A stretch of 26,430 nucleotides of DNA from a virus (taxonomy: Duplodnaviria; Caudoviricetes): positions 1 through 26,430 of the IMG/VR virus record IMGVR_UViG_3300017544_000013; one strand, written 5' to 3'. A program made the translations under genes and the position numbers. The notes below the pieces were generated by a model. It was not told the origin of the DNA and did not search any database. It saw nothing but the letters and a program-made list of their open reading frames with translations. Within the stretch, counting starts at the first letter, position 1; each line of letters starts with the position of its first letter. Positions 1 to 7,673 of the stretch are shown here, one piece after another.

Positions 1-77
1 ATACCTTGATCTGATACATTGCTGCCCTCCTGTTTCCATCAGGATAGCGCATCTGTCTAAATATGCGACCAACAATC

Positions 78-102
78 AGCCCCGCCATTGAGCGGGGTTT
101 TT
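78..102 (+). terminator. Rho-independent terminator
   Basis: CCCCGC-cattga-GCGGGG stem followed by TTTTT. Confidence 0.75.
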
Positions 103-118
103 CATTTGGAGTGCTCAG

Positions 119-442
119 ATGGCATCATGTGATCTCAGACTATCCATTGACACGAATGGATTGCATGAAGTGTTATCTTCGCTTTCCGATATTTCGGATC
201 GATTTCCCGAATTTCGCGATGGCCTCCTCGGCCTTCTCAATTCCGGCGAAGAACTTTTCTCTATTGATGATGAAATCAGAACCGCACCCAGGACAGGTGA
301 CATTGTCGTTGGATTTAAGCCAGCCGATAGTCTGCTCGATCTGATTTCCACATTTAGGGCAAGTCACCCCGATTGTCTGGTTTTCAAACATGATAAGCCT
401 CCCGCTGACAATTCAGCACAGTCAGAGCGCAAATTTCAATAG
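119..442 (+). CDS. Hypothetical protein overlapping the Zn-ribbon gene in antisense (may be a shadow ORF)
   Basis: 107-aa ORF with a GGAG SD upstream; in codon register with the - strand ORF. Confidence 0.3.
   Translation: MASCDLRLSIDTNGLHEVLSSLSDISDRFPEFRDGLLGLLNSGEELFSIDDEIRTAPRTGDIVVGFKPADSLLDLISTFRASHPDCLVFKHDKPPADNSAQSERKFQ
173..391 (-). CDS. Small zinc-ribbon protein (two CxxC pairs; resembles YnfU-type prophage Zn-binding proteins)
   Basis: CPKC and CPGC motifs followed by an amphipathic helix; strong SD GGGAGG 6 nt upstream of the ATG on the - strand. Confidence 0.7.
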   Translation of the reverse strand: MFENQTIGVTCPKCGNQIEQTIGWLKSNDNVTCPGCGSDFIINREKFFAGIEKAEEAIAKFGKSIRNIGKRR

Positions 443-607
443 TCTTCATAGGGAGCGACACTCCTTTCACTAGCCCACCGGGCGGCTAGACCATGGCTTT
501 CACTCGCGGGTGTAGAACTCAACACTGGTCGCTCCGGGGAGAAATCTCTGCATATAGCGGTGTGAAGTGGGCAGGCCCGGAAACGTTCATCAACCAAGGA
601 GAAGATC

Positions 608-799
608 ATGCCGAGCAAGAGCGTAAACGTCGCAACTGTTGGTTACGACGTTAGGCCGTCTGAGAACGGTGGCTTCGTCGTGTTCCGTGGCGACAATGAA
701 GAAAGCCCATACCGTGCCACCTCCGGCTTCTATGCATTCTCGAATAGTGCCGACCTGTTGGCATTCTTGCAGCAGCAGCACGGCGCGCTGACCGAATAG
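608..799 (+). CDS. Hypothetical phage protein
   Basis: 63 aa; AAGGAG SD; protein-like composition. Confidence 0.7.
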   Translation: MPSKSVNVATVGYDVRPSENGGFVVFRGDNEESPYRATSGFYAFSNSADLLAFLQQQHGALTE

Positions 800-810
800 G
801 AAGGCTAGCG

Positions 811-1008
811 ATGCCCAAGCCCATCCAGTTCATGCAAGCCACATGGCAGGACATCGTAGGATCAAGGCATCTCCATCTCGCAGCAGTCATGCGCGGTAAC
901 ATGGACATAGCCGATGAAATCCGAGACCAGATGCATGCAAGCCTAGACGCCTACCTGGATCACCAGACCGAGGCAGCAGTAGCAGCAGAGCTTAAGGCGA
1001 AGGGGTAG
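811..1008 (+). CDS. Hypothetical helical phage protein
   Basis: 65 aa; AGGAAGG SD; starts 11 nt after the previous stop. Confidence 0.7.
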   Translation: MPKPIQFMQATWQDIVGSRHLHLAAVMRGNMDIADEIRDQMHASLDAYLDHQTEAAVAAELKAKG

Positions 1009-1010
1009 AG

Positions 1011-1109
1011 ATGAACGCTTTCGAATTCATGTGGTTCAGCGTCGGTATCGCTGTGGGTTCCATCCTTGCCACCGTATCGTTTCGGCTGTTCATGATGACG
1101 CATTGCTGA
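1011..1109 (+). CDS. Small single-pass membrane protein (32 aa, not in the ORF track)
   Basis: MNAFEFMWFSVGIAVGSILATVSFRLFMMTHC; AAGGGG SD; fills the gap between neighbouring genes. Confidence 0.55.
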   Translation: MNAFEFMWFSVGIAVGSILATVSFRLFMMTHC

Positions 1110-1120
1110 GGGATAGAGAC

Positions 1121-1330
1121 ATGGCTGAAGAACATCAAATCAAGTTCCTCGGAAACCTTTCAAGGTTGGATGCTCGACCCGGTGACAAGTTCGTGTTGAT
1201 GACCGAGGGCGATGTACCTCACGATATGGCTATGCGCATCACCGAGGAGTGGAAGCGCTTCATGGGGCCAGATGCTCCAAAGCTCATGATCCTGTCAGAC
1301 GGTATCAAAATCGGTGTCGTGAATGGCTAA
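1121..1330 (+). CDS. Small protein resembling an internal (clip-like) segment of the portal
   Basis: ATG 1121 with GAGGGA SD; 69 aa; 8-nt overlap with the HNH gene; manual alignment to the portal. Confidence 0.7.
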   Translation: MAEEHQIKFLGNLSRLDARPGDKFVLMTEGDVPHDMAMRITEEWKRFMGPDAPKLMILSDGIKIGVVNG

Positions 1331-1682
1331 GATCAAAACCCTCAAGCCTCTCGTATCCACGATGAAGCCAAGGCTGGGATATGCCAAAGGGAATGAGAGA
1401 GAGCGGGACAGACTGCGGTATAAAGTCCAGCCATGGCGCAAACTGTATGCGACAACGGCATGGCGAGCGCTGCGGTGGAAAGTTCTGACCCGCGATTTAT
1501 TCACCTGTCAGATGTGCGGTGTTTTGGAGAGTGACACGTCCAAGCTGGTTGGGGATCACAAGACCCCGCATCGTGGCGATAAGACACTGTTCTTCGATGA
1601 AGGCAACGTCTGGACGCTTTGCAAGACATGCCACGACACAGTGAAGCAACGTGAGGAGAAGCGCGGCTACGGCTTTGAGTAG
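1323..1682 (+). CDS. Terminase-associated HNH endonuclease (HK97 gp74-like)
   Basis: LTRDLFTCQMCG...DHKTPHRGD...FFDEGNVWTLCKTCHD; upstream of cos/terS. Confidence 0.9.
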   Translation: MAKIKTLKPLVSTMKPRLGYAKGNERERDRLRYKVQPWRKLYATTAWRALRWKVLTRDLFTCQMCGVLESDTSKLVGDHKTPHRGDKTLFFDEGNVWTLCKTCHDTVKQREEKRGYGFE

Positions 1683-1706
1683 AGGCGGCAGTATGCTAGA
1701 AATAGC

Positions 1707-1777
1707 GAACCGCCGAGATGCTACCAACATGCTCGACGGTTCTAACCAGTAACGATCATGGAAGGATCGCTATGGCT
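1707..1777 (+). promoter_or_regulatory. Two-hairpin leader occluding the RBS and start codon of the second HNH gene
   Basis: Hairpin 1707-1742 (GAACCG.CGAG.ATG / CAT.CTCG.CGGTTC); hairpin 1745-1777 (CCA..CGATC / GATCG..TGG) enclosing GGAAGGA and ATG 1772. Confidence 0.5.
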
Positions 1778-2500
1778 TCGACCTATCTAGTCGAGTGCGT
1801 TGTCTGTGGCAACACGGCAGAGACCAAGCAGCCCGCAAAATACTGTAGCCAAGAGTGCCGGAACAAACGGCCACGGCCAAATCGTAAGCACAGCAACAGC
1901 GGCAAGCACAGCTTCAAGGAAAAGACGTGTAAGGCGTGTTCGTCAGTCTTCATCGCAAGAGGAGATAATGACCGCATATTCTGCTCTGACGCCTGCAATG
2001 CAGACTGGCGCAGGATCACATCAAAGCCGCCGTCATTCCGCATACTCATGCGTAAGCCAGTTGTGAGGCCTGCTCCCTCACTGGAGTGTGTAAGCTGTGG
2101 CGGCGCGCGTACACCAAAGCCGTATGACCGCAAGATGTGCGACGAATGCAGAGAGGCTAATCGGCTCCAGACCAAGGAGCGAGCGAAGCAGGCATTCAAG
2201 GCATCAGGACGTAAGGCTGCCGAGCGCAAGGCAAGGAAGCTTCGCCTTCGTGGCGTGGCTATGGAGAGTGTCAATCCTCTCACGGTGCTGGAGCGTGACA
2301 AGTGGACCTGCCAGCTATGCGGAGTGAAGACACCGAAGAGGCTGCGCGGAACCTACGATGATCGAGCGCCAGAAGTGGACCACATCATTCCGATAGCGCA
2401 AGGCGGCGAGCATTCGTATCGCAATACACAATGCGCATGTCGAAAGTGCAACCTGATGAAGTCAGGCACGGCAATGGGGCAGATGAGGCTATTCGGATAG
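1772..2500 (+). CDS. Free-standing HNH endonuclease with multiple N-terminal Zn-finger (CxxC...CSxxC) modules
   Basis: CVVC/CSQEC, CKAC/CSDAC, CVSC/CDEC; C-terminal VLERDKWTCQLCG...EVDHIIPIAQGGEHSYRNTQCACRKCNLMK; SD GGAAGGA before ATG 1772 (the track start at 1718 is less likely). Confidence 0.88.
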   Translation: MASTYLVECVVCGNTAETKQPAKYCSQECRNKRPRPNRKHSNSGKHSFKEKTCKACSSVFIARGDNDRIFCSDACNADWRRITSKPPSFRILMRKPVVRPAPSLECVSCGGARTPKPYDRKMCDECREANRLQTKERAKQAFKASGRKAAERKARKLRLRGVAMESVNPLTVLERDKWTCQLCGVKTPKRLRGTYDDRAPEVDHIIPIAQGGEHSYRNTQCACRKCNLMKSGTAMGQMRLFG

Positions 2501-2519
2501 GCAGAACCCGCGAGGATCG

Positions 2520-2726
2520 AAAGGCATCGACCGAGGGTCCGTGAAACATCGACCGTGAAACATTCCGATCGGACGAGGTGTGACAAAAATGTCACCATCG
2601 AAGGGGTGTGACCGAAAAGCAACACCTCAAGGGGGGCGGGGGTCGAAGTCCAAGACCCCTTTGGCCTCCACTCCCGCGCCCCCCACACGCGCAGATTTTT
2701 TCCCGCTTAACAAAGGCTGTTAATCG
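2520..2726. other. Putative cos/packaging region
   Basis: Non-coding gap between HNH and terS with a G-run/C-run dyad (GGGGGGCGGGGGTC...GACCCC...CGCCCCCC) followed by a T-tract, plus short repeats; position typical of HK97-like phages. Confidence 0.65.
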
Positions 2727-3170
2727 ATGGCGTTAACTGAACAGAAGCGCCGGTACGCCGAAGCGCGTATGTCAGGCGCGTCGAAAAAAGAGGCTGCAAT
2801 AGCGGCTGGATGCCCAGAAAAGACGGCTTCACAGGCTGCTTCGAGATATGAGAAAGACCCGGATGTTTTAGCGGCAATAGGGCGCACACAGGTTGTAAAA
2901 GCGGCTGTTAAGCACGAACCACCGGCAGGCGAACCGAACCCGTACATACCGGCTCAGGCCAGTGATCCCCTCAAGTTCTTCGAGCAGATGATGAATGACC
3001 CGGTAGCGGACCCGAAATTGAGGCTTGACGCTGCGAAAGCGCTGGCAAGCTTCACGGTAGCAAAGCCGGGTGAAGGGGGGAAGAAAGAACAGCGTCAGGA
3101 AAAGGCAGAGAAGGCTATGAATAGTGGCCGGTTTGCGCCGCGCTCCCGCCCTAATCTGAAAGTCGTCTGA
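2727..3170 (+). CDS. terS: Terminase small subunit
   Basis: N-terminal HTH (LTEQKRRYAEARMSGASKKEAAIAAGCPEKTASQAASRY); TGATG coupling to terL. Confidence 0.88.
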   Translation: MALTEQKRRYAEARMSGASKKEAAIAAGCPEKTASQAASRYEKDPDVLAAIGRTQVVKAAVKHEPPAGEPNPYIPAQASDPLKFFEQMMNDPVADPKLRLDAAKALASFTVAKPGEGGKKEQRQEKAEKAMNSGRFAPRSRPNLKVV

Positions 3171-4846
3171 TGGTTGAATGGACAACACGATGCCCAGATT
3201 GGGAAAAGCGGATTATCAATCGTCAATCGCTGATCCCTTTCGCCCCGCTATTCCCAGATGAGGCGGCTTACGCGCTGGAGAAGTTCAAGGCGCTTAGAGT
3301 GCCTGACCTACCAGGGAAGCCGACATTTGGCGAATGCTGCGAACAGTGGGTATTTGATTTTGTGGCTTCGATCTTTGGAGCGAATGACCCGGAAACAGGG
3401 CAGCAGAAGATTGCCGAATATCTTTTGCTCATTGCTAAAAAGAATACGAAATCGACCATTGCTGCCGGTATCATGTTGACGGCGCTGCTTATCGGATGGC
3501 GTGAGGAAGAAGAAATCCTCATTCTCGCCCCGACGCTTGAGGTGGCGAATAACAGCTTCAAGCCTGCTGCCGGTATGGTGCGGGCTGATGACGAGTTGGC
3601 TGATTTGCTGCATGTCCAAGAGCATACCCGCACGATTACGCATCGGGTGAATAGATCAGCGCTCAAGGTTGTCGCGGCTGAAACAGATACGGTCTCCGGT
3701 AAGAAATCGGGCCGCATCCTGATCGATGAGCTTTGGGTGTTTGGCAAAAAGCCGAAGTCAGACGCCATGTTGCGCGAAGCAATGGGCGGCATGGTATCGC
3801 GTCCAGAAGGTTTTGTGATCTATCTGACCACGCAGAGCGACGAACCTCCCGCTGGCGTTTTCAAGGCGAAGCTCGACTATGCCCGCGATGTGAGAGATGG
3901 CAAGATTGAGGACAACAAGTTTCTGCCGGTCCTGTATGAGTTCCCAAAGTCGATGATCGACAGCGGCGAATTTATGAAGTCGGAAAACTTCTACGTCACC
4001 AACCCAAATTTAGGTCTTTCGGTTTCATCTGACTGGATTGATCGAGAACTGACAAAGGAACTGGCAAGCGGTCCTGAAACGAGAAATGTGTTTCTTGCCA
4101 AGCATTTGAATGTGGAGATTGGCTCAAATCTGCGCGCAAATCGCTGGCCGGGTGCCGAGTTCTGGGCTGAGCGCACTGACAAGACGATAACCAGTCTCGA
4201 CGCTCTTCTGGATCGGTGCGAGGTATGCGTTGTCGGCATCGACGGCGGCGGTCTGGACGACTTGTTCGGGATGACAATAGTCGGACGTGAGAAAGGCTCG
4301 TGGAACTGGCTCTCATGGTCACATGCATGGTGCCACACAAGCGTTCTTGAACGTCGGAAGTCCATTGCATCCCTGCTTCGTGATTTCCAGCGAGCAGGGG
4401 AATTGACGATTGTCGATGATGCGTTGGATGACATCTCGGACATAATTGGCAAGATCGATTACGTGAAAGAGCGGGGCTTGCTCGCTTCTGTGGCCGTGGA
4501 CCCGGCGGGACTTGGCGACATGATCGAAGCTCTGGATGAAATCGGCGTATCGCAGGAAAACGGCAATCTGGAAGGCGTAGCGCAGGGATGGCGGATGATG
4601 ACTGCAATCAAGTCGTCGGAACGCCGCCTTGTGAACGGTACGCTGAAACATGCGCCGTCATCATTGATGGACTGGTGTGTGGGAAATCTCAAGATTGAGC
4701 CAACGGCGACCGGGATCAAAGCAACCAAGCAAAACGCTGGTGATGCGAAGATTGACCCGGTGATGGCGCTATTCGACGCGGTGACGGTGATGAGCCGGAA
4801 CCCGGAAGTGAAGCGCGAGAAAACCTATCAGATGATGTTCGTCTGA
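3170..4846 (+). CDS. terL: Terminase large subunit
   Basis: Walker A variant IAKKNTKST, Walker B ILIDELW, coupling motif LTTQ, nuclease GIDGGGLDD and KIDPVMALFDA. Confidence 0.96.
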   Translation: MVEWTTRCPDWEKRIINRQSLIPFAPLFPDEAAYALEKFKALRVPDLPGKPTFGECCEQWVFDFVASIFGANDPETGQQKIAEYLLLIAKKNTKSTIAAGIMLTALLIGWREEEEILILAPTLEVANNSFKPAAGMVRADDELADLLHVQEHTRTITHRVNRSALKVVAAETDTVSGKKSGRILIDELWVFGKKPKSDAMLREAMGGMVSRPEGFVIYLTTQSDEPPAGVFKAKLDYARDVRDGKIEDNKFLPVLYEFPKSMIDSGEFMKSENFYVTNPNLGLSVSSDWIDRELTKELASGPETRNVFLAKHLNVEIGSNLRANRWPGAEFWAERTDKTITSLDALLDRCEVCVVGIDGGGLDDLFGMTIVGREKGSWNWLSWSHAWCHTSVLERRKSIASLLRDFQRAGELTIVDDALDDISDIIGKIDYVKERGLLASVAVDPAGLGDMIEALDEIGVSQENGNLEGVAQGWRMMTAIKSSERRLVNGTLKHAPSSLMDWCVGNLKIEPTATGIKATKQNAGDAKIDPVMALFDAVTVMSRNPEVKREKTYQMMFV

Positions 4847-4879
4847 TTTCACTGACAATTTGGAAGATGGAGGTCCGTC

Positions 4880-5500
4880 ATGGAAATGACGCGGCGCGCT
4901 TACTCGTGCATCGAAGTCAAAGCGGTGAACGAAGAACGGCGCATCATTCGTGGTGTGGCGACCAGCCCGGCGGTTGATCGTGTGGGCGATATAGTTGACC
5001 CGATGGGCGTCAAGTTCCAGAACCCGCTCCCACTGCTCTGGCAGCACAAGCATGACAAGCCCATTGGCACGGTGAAGTTCGATGCACCGACCGAGAAGGG
5101 CATCAACTTCGAGGCAGAATTGCCGGTTGTGTCAGAAGCCGGAACGCTTCGGGATCGGATCGAAGAGGCATGGCAGAGCATCAAGCTTGGCTTGGTGCGC
5201 GCCGTGTCCATCGGCTTCCGTCCCATCGAATACAGTTTCATGGAGGAAGGCGGCATTCGCTTCATCGAAAGTGAAGTGTTTGAGCTTTCCGCCGTGACTA
5301 TCCCGGCCAACGAACAGGCCGTGATTTCCAGCGTTGGCAAGAGCCTTGATGCTGATGCCATCGCCCACATCAAGAAATTCGAATTTCCGACCGAGGAAAA
5401 GCAGGCTCCTGCCCAGGTGGGCAAGAAGGTGCATGTAGCTCGCTTGGCGGCGGCGACCCATGAGCGGGTGCCATTCACCATCAACAAAATCAATCGTTAA
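4880..5500 (+). CDS. HK97-family prohead protease
   Basis: GVATSPAVDRVGDIV, LLWQH, AVSIGF, ELSAVTIPAN motifs; GGAGG SD. Confidence 0.95.
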   Translation: MEMTRRAYSCIEVKAVNEERRIIRGVATSPAVDRVGDIVDPMGVKFQNPLPLLWQHKHDKPIGTVKFDAPTEKGINFEAELPVVSEAGTLRDRIEEAWQSIKLGLVRAVSIGFRPIEYSFMEEGGIRFIESEVFELSAVTIPANEQAVISSVGKSLDADAIAHIKKFEFPTEEKQAPAQVGKKVHVARLAAATHERVPFTINKINR

Positions 5501-5511
5501 TGGAGGTAGCA

Positions 5512-6921
5512 ATGGCTACTTACGCTGAACAGATCGCCGCCTACGAAAACAAGCGAGCGGCAAACCTCAAGGCCATGGAAGACATCATGTCCAAGTCGGC
5601 AGAAAAGGGCGAAACGCTCGATGCTGCACAGCAGGAAGAGTTCGACGGTCTTCAGGCAGACAATGACGCTATCGACAGCCACCTGAAGCGCCTGCGCACT
5701 TTGGAAAAGGCTGCGGCTGAAAAGGCGGTGCCTGTTGCCGGTGGCCGTGAAGGTGATGGAGCACAGGCTCGTGCCGGTGTGGTCGTTGTCCCTCGCGCTG
5801 AAAAGCTCGACAAGGGCATCGCATTCGCCCGTATCGCCAAGGTGAAGGCGCTCGCCAAGCTCGACGGTGAGAGCGTCCGCACGGTGGCAAAAGAGCTTTA
5901 CGGCGAAACCTCGTCCGTTTTCGGCTTCTTTGCCAAGGCAGCCGTACCGGCGGCAACCACCACTCATGCAACCTGGGCCGGTCCCTTGGTTGGTGACGAA
6001 ACGTCGGCATTCGCTGACTTCGTGGAATATCTTCGCCCCCAGACCATCCTTGGCCGCTTCGGTGCGAACGGCATTCCGTCGCTTCGCCGTGTGCCGTTCC
6101 GCGTCCCGCTGATCGGCCAGACTTCCGGCGGTGAGGGCTATTGGGTAGGTGAAGGCAAGGCCAAGCCACTGACCAAGTTTGACTTCGAGCGCAAGACGCT
6201 TGAGCCGCTCAAGGTCGCAAATATCGCTGTTGCCACGGAAGAGGTGCTCCGCGATAGCTCGCCTTCGGCTGAAGCGATCATCCGCGACCAGCTTGTTGCG
6301 GCTCTCCGCGCTCGTCTCGATACGGACTTCATCAACCCGGCCAAGGCTGCGGTTGCTGGTACGTCTCCGGCTTCGATCACGAATGGCGTTACCGCTATTC
6401 CTTCGGCTGGCGGCACGGCTGACGATGTTCGCTCCGATATCCAGAAGCTGTTCGGTGCCTTCATTGCTGCGAACAATGCTCCTACCTCCGGCGTCTGGAT
6501 CATGTCGGCAACTGTGGCTCTGGCCCTGTCGCTGATGCAGAACCCGCTTGGTCAGGCTGAGTTCCCAGGTATCAGCATGAACGGCGGCACTCTGTTCGGC
6601 CTTCCGGTTATCGTTTCGGAATATGTTCCGGTCGTGACTGGTTCGACTGATCCGGCTGATGACGGCGCTTATGTCGTTCTCGTCAATGCTTCCGATATCT
6701 ACTTCGCTGATGACGGCGATGTGGCTGTCGATCTGAGCCGTGAAGCATCGCTGGAAATGGCCGACAACCCGGCCCACAACTCCGGTACGCCGACCCCGGC
6801 ACAGCTTGTTTCCATGTTCCAGACGAACAGCGTGGCCTTCCGCGCCGAACGTACCCTGAACTGGATGGCTCGCCGTGCGAATGCGGTTCAGGTGCTCTCC
6901 GCTGTCAAGTGGGGCCAGTAA
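5512..6921 (+). CDS. Major capsid protein (HK97 fold, N-terminal coiled-coil delta domain)
   Basis: WVGEGKAKP, GTLFGLPVIVSEYVP, SMFQTNSVAFRAER; GGAGG SD before ATG 5512; strongly biased codon usage. Confidence 0.96.
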   Translation: MATYAEQIAAYENKRAANLKAMEDIMSKSAEKGETLDAAQQEEFDGLQADNDAIDSHLKRLRTLEKAAAEKAVPVAGGREGDGAQARAGVVVVPRAEKLDKGIAFARIAKVKALAKLDGESVRTVAKELYGETSSVFGFFAKAAVPAATTTHATWAGPLVGDETSAFADFVEYLRPQTILGRFGANGIPSLRRVPFRVPLIGQTSGGEGYWVGEGKAKPLTKFDFERKTLEPLKVANIAVATEEVLRDSSPSAEAIIRDQLVAALRARLDTDFINPAKAAVAGTSPASITNGVTAIPSAGGTADDVRSDIQKLFGAFIAANNAPTSGVWIMSATVALALSLMQNPLGQAEFPGISMNGGTLFGLPVIVSEYVPVVTGSTDPADDGAYVVLVNASDIYFADDGDVAVDLSREASLEMADNPAHNSGTPTPAQLVSMFQTNSVAFRAERTLNWMARRANAVQVLSAVKWGQ

Positions 6922-6926
6922 CCCAA

Positions 6927-6956
6927 TAGGGTGGGGCGCATCACGCGCCCTGCCTA
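6927..6956 (+). terminator. Post-capsid hairpin (weak terminator or mRNA stabiliser)
   Basis: GGGCGC-atcac-GCGCCC stem extended by TAGG/CCTA; poor U-tail. Confidence 0.4.
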
Positions 6957-6975
6957 CTCTTCCATGGAGATCACC

Positions 6976-7143
6976 ATGAAGCACCTTTCCTATTTCGACA
7001 GAGCGATGAAATCCCCGGATCGCCGGTATCTGCGCATCTTCGAAAAGATGGGCTATCGGGAAGAACCTAAGCCAATCGAAGAGCCAGCGCCGAAGCCAAA
7101 GGCAAAGCGAAAGGCGGACAATCATCAGGACGATGACGAATGA
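6976..7143 (+). CDS. Small hypothetical protein following the capsid gene
   Basis: GGAG SD before ATG 6976; Pro/Lys-rich tail; ATGA overlap with the next gene. Confidence 0.7.
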   Translation: MKHLSYFDRAMKSPDRRYLRIFEKMGYREEPKPIEEPAPKPKAKRKADNHQDDDE

Positions 7144-7358
7144 TCGGCTTCATCGGTGCAACAGAGTTCATTCAATTCATCGGTGATGGCGGCGGTGGGA
7201 CAATCGACCCTGCGTTTCTCGTCACTGTGAACGGTGAAACTGTGACGAACAGCGGCGCACCGGTCACGTATGGAACGGACATAGACCCCGCCTTGCTGGT
7301 GCTGAACGATGGTTCTGTCGTCACGAATAGCGGTGCGATTGTTCTGAACGGAGCATAA
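7140..7358 (+). CDS. Small protein with an internal tandem repeat, probable head decoration component
   Basis: IDPAFLVTVNGETVTNSGAPVTYG / IDPALLVLNDGSVVTNSGAIVLNG duplication. Confidence 0.7.
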   Translation: MIGFIGATEFIQFIGDGGGGTIDPAFLVTVNGETVTNSGAPVTYGTDIDPALLVLNDGSVVTNSGAIVLNGA

Positions 7359-7361
7359 GAA

Positions 7362-7661
7362 ATGGCTGAATTATCTACGCTCGGATCGGTCATCAAGACC
7401 GCTTACGAAGGTGAGGCGAACACAAATGCCTACACCGATGCTGAAAAGACGAAGCTGGCAGGTGTCGCGGCTGGTGCTACTGCGCTGACAATCGGCACCA
7501 CTGCGACAACGGCTAAGGCTGGGAATTATCAACCGACTTGGGCGCAGGTAACGGGCAAGCCGGTGGGTGTTGCTGTTCCAGATGCTGCCGAAGGCACGGA
7601 AGTTGCCACGATCAACGCACTCCTAGCCAGCCTTCGCACTGCCGGTTTTATCGCCACCTAA
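7362..7661 (+). CDS. Head fiber/decoration-like protein
   Basis: NAYTDAEKTKLAGV fibre motif and C-terminal INALLASLRTAGFI helix typical of head-fibre proteins. Confidence 0.7.
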   Translation: MAELSTLGSVIKTAYEGEANTNAYTDAEKTKLAGVAAGATALTIGTTATTAKAGNYQPTWAQVTGKPVGVAVPDAAEGTEVATINALLASLRTAGFIAT

Positions 7662-7673
7662 AAGGGGCCAACG

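Noticed and set aside
451-540. tRNA gene
   Set aside because: The terminal stem is present, but there is no TTC T-loop, canonical anticodon arm or CCA; kept only as a generic structured RNA candidate.
1031-1330. Track start at 1031 (99 aa)
   Set aside because: ATG 1121 has a better SD, and the upstream part is occupied by the 32-aa membrane ORF.
2525-2630. CRISPR-like or iteron array
   Set aside because: Only two copies of each short repeat, with no regular spacers; better explained as packaging-site elements.
3430-3460. Degenerate Walker A (AKKNTKS) suggesting an inactive terminase
   Set aside because: KKNxKS variants occur in this terminase subfamily; Walker B and nuclease residues are intact.
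5497-7125. 542-aa antisense ORF over the capsid gene
   Set aside because: In-register shadow of a strongly codon-biased GC-rich gene; no recognisable domain.
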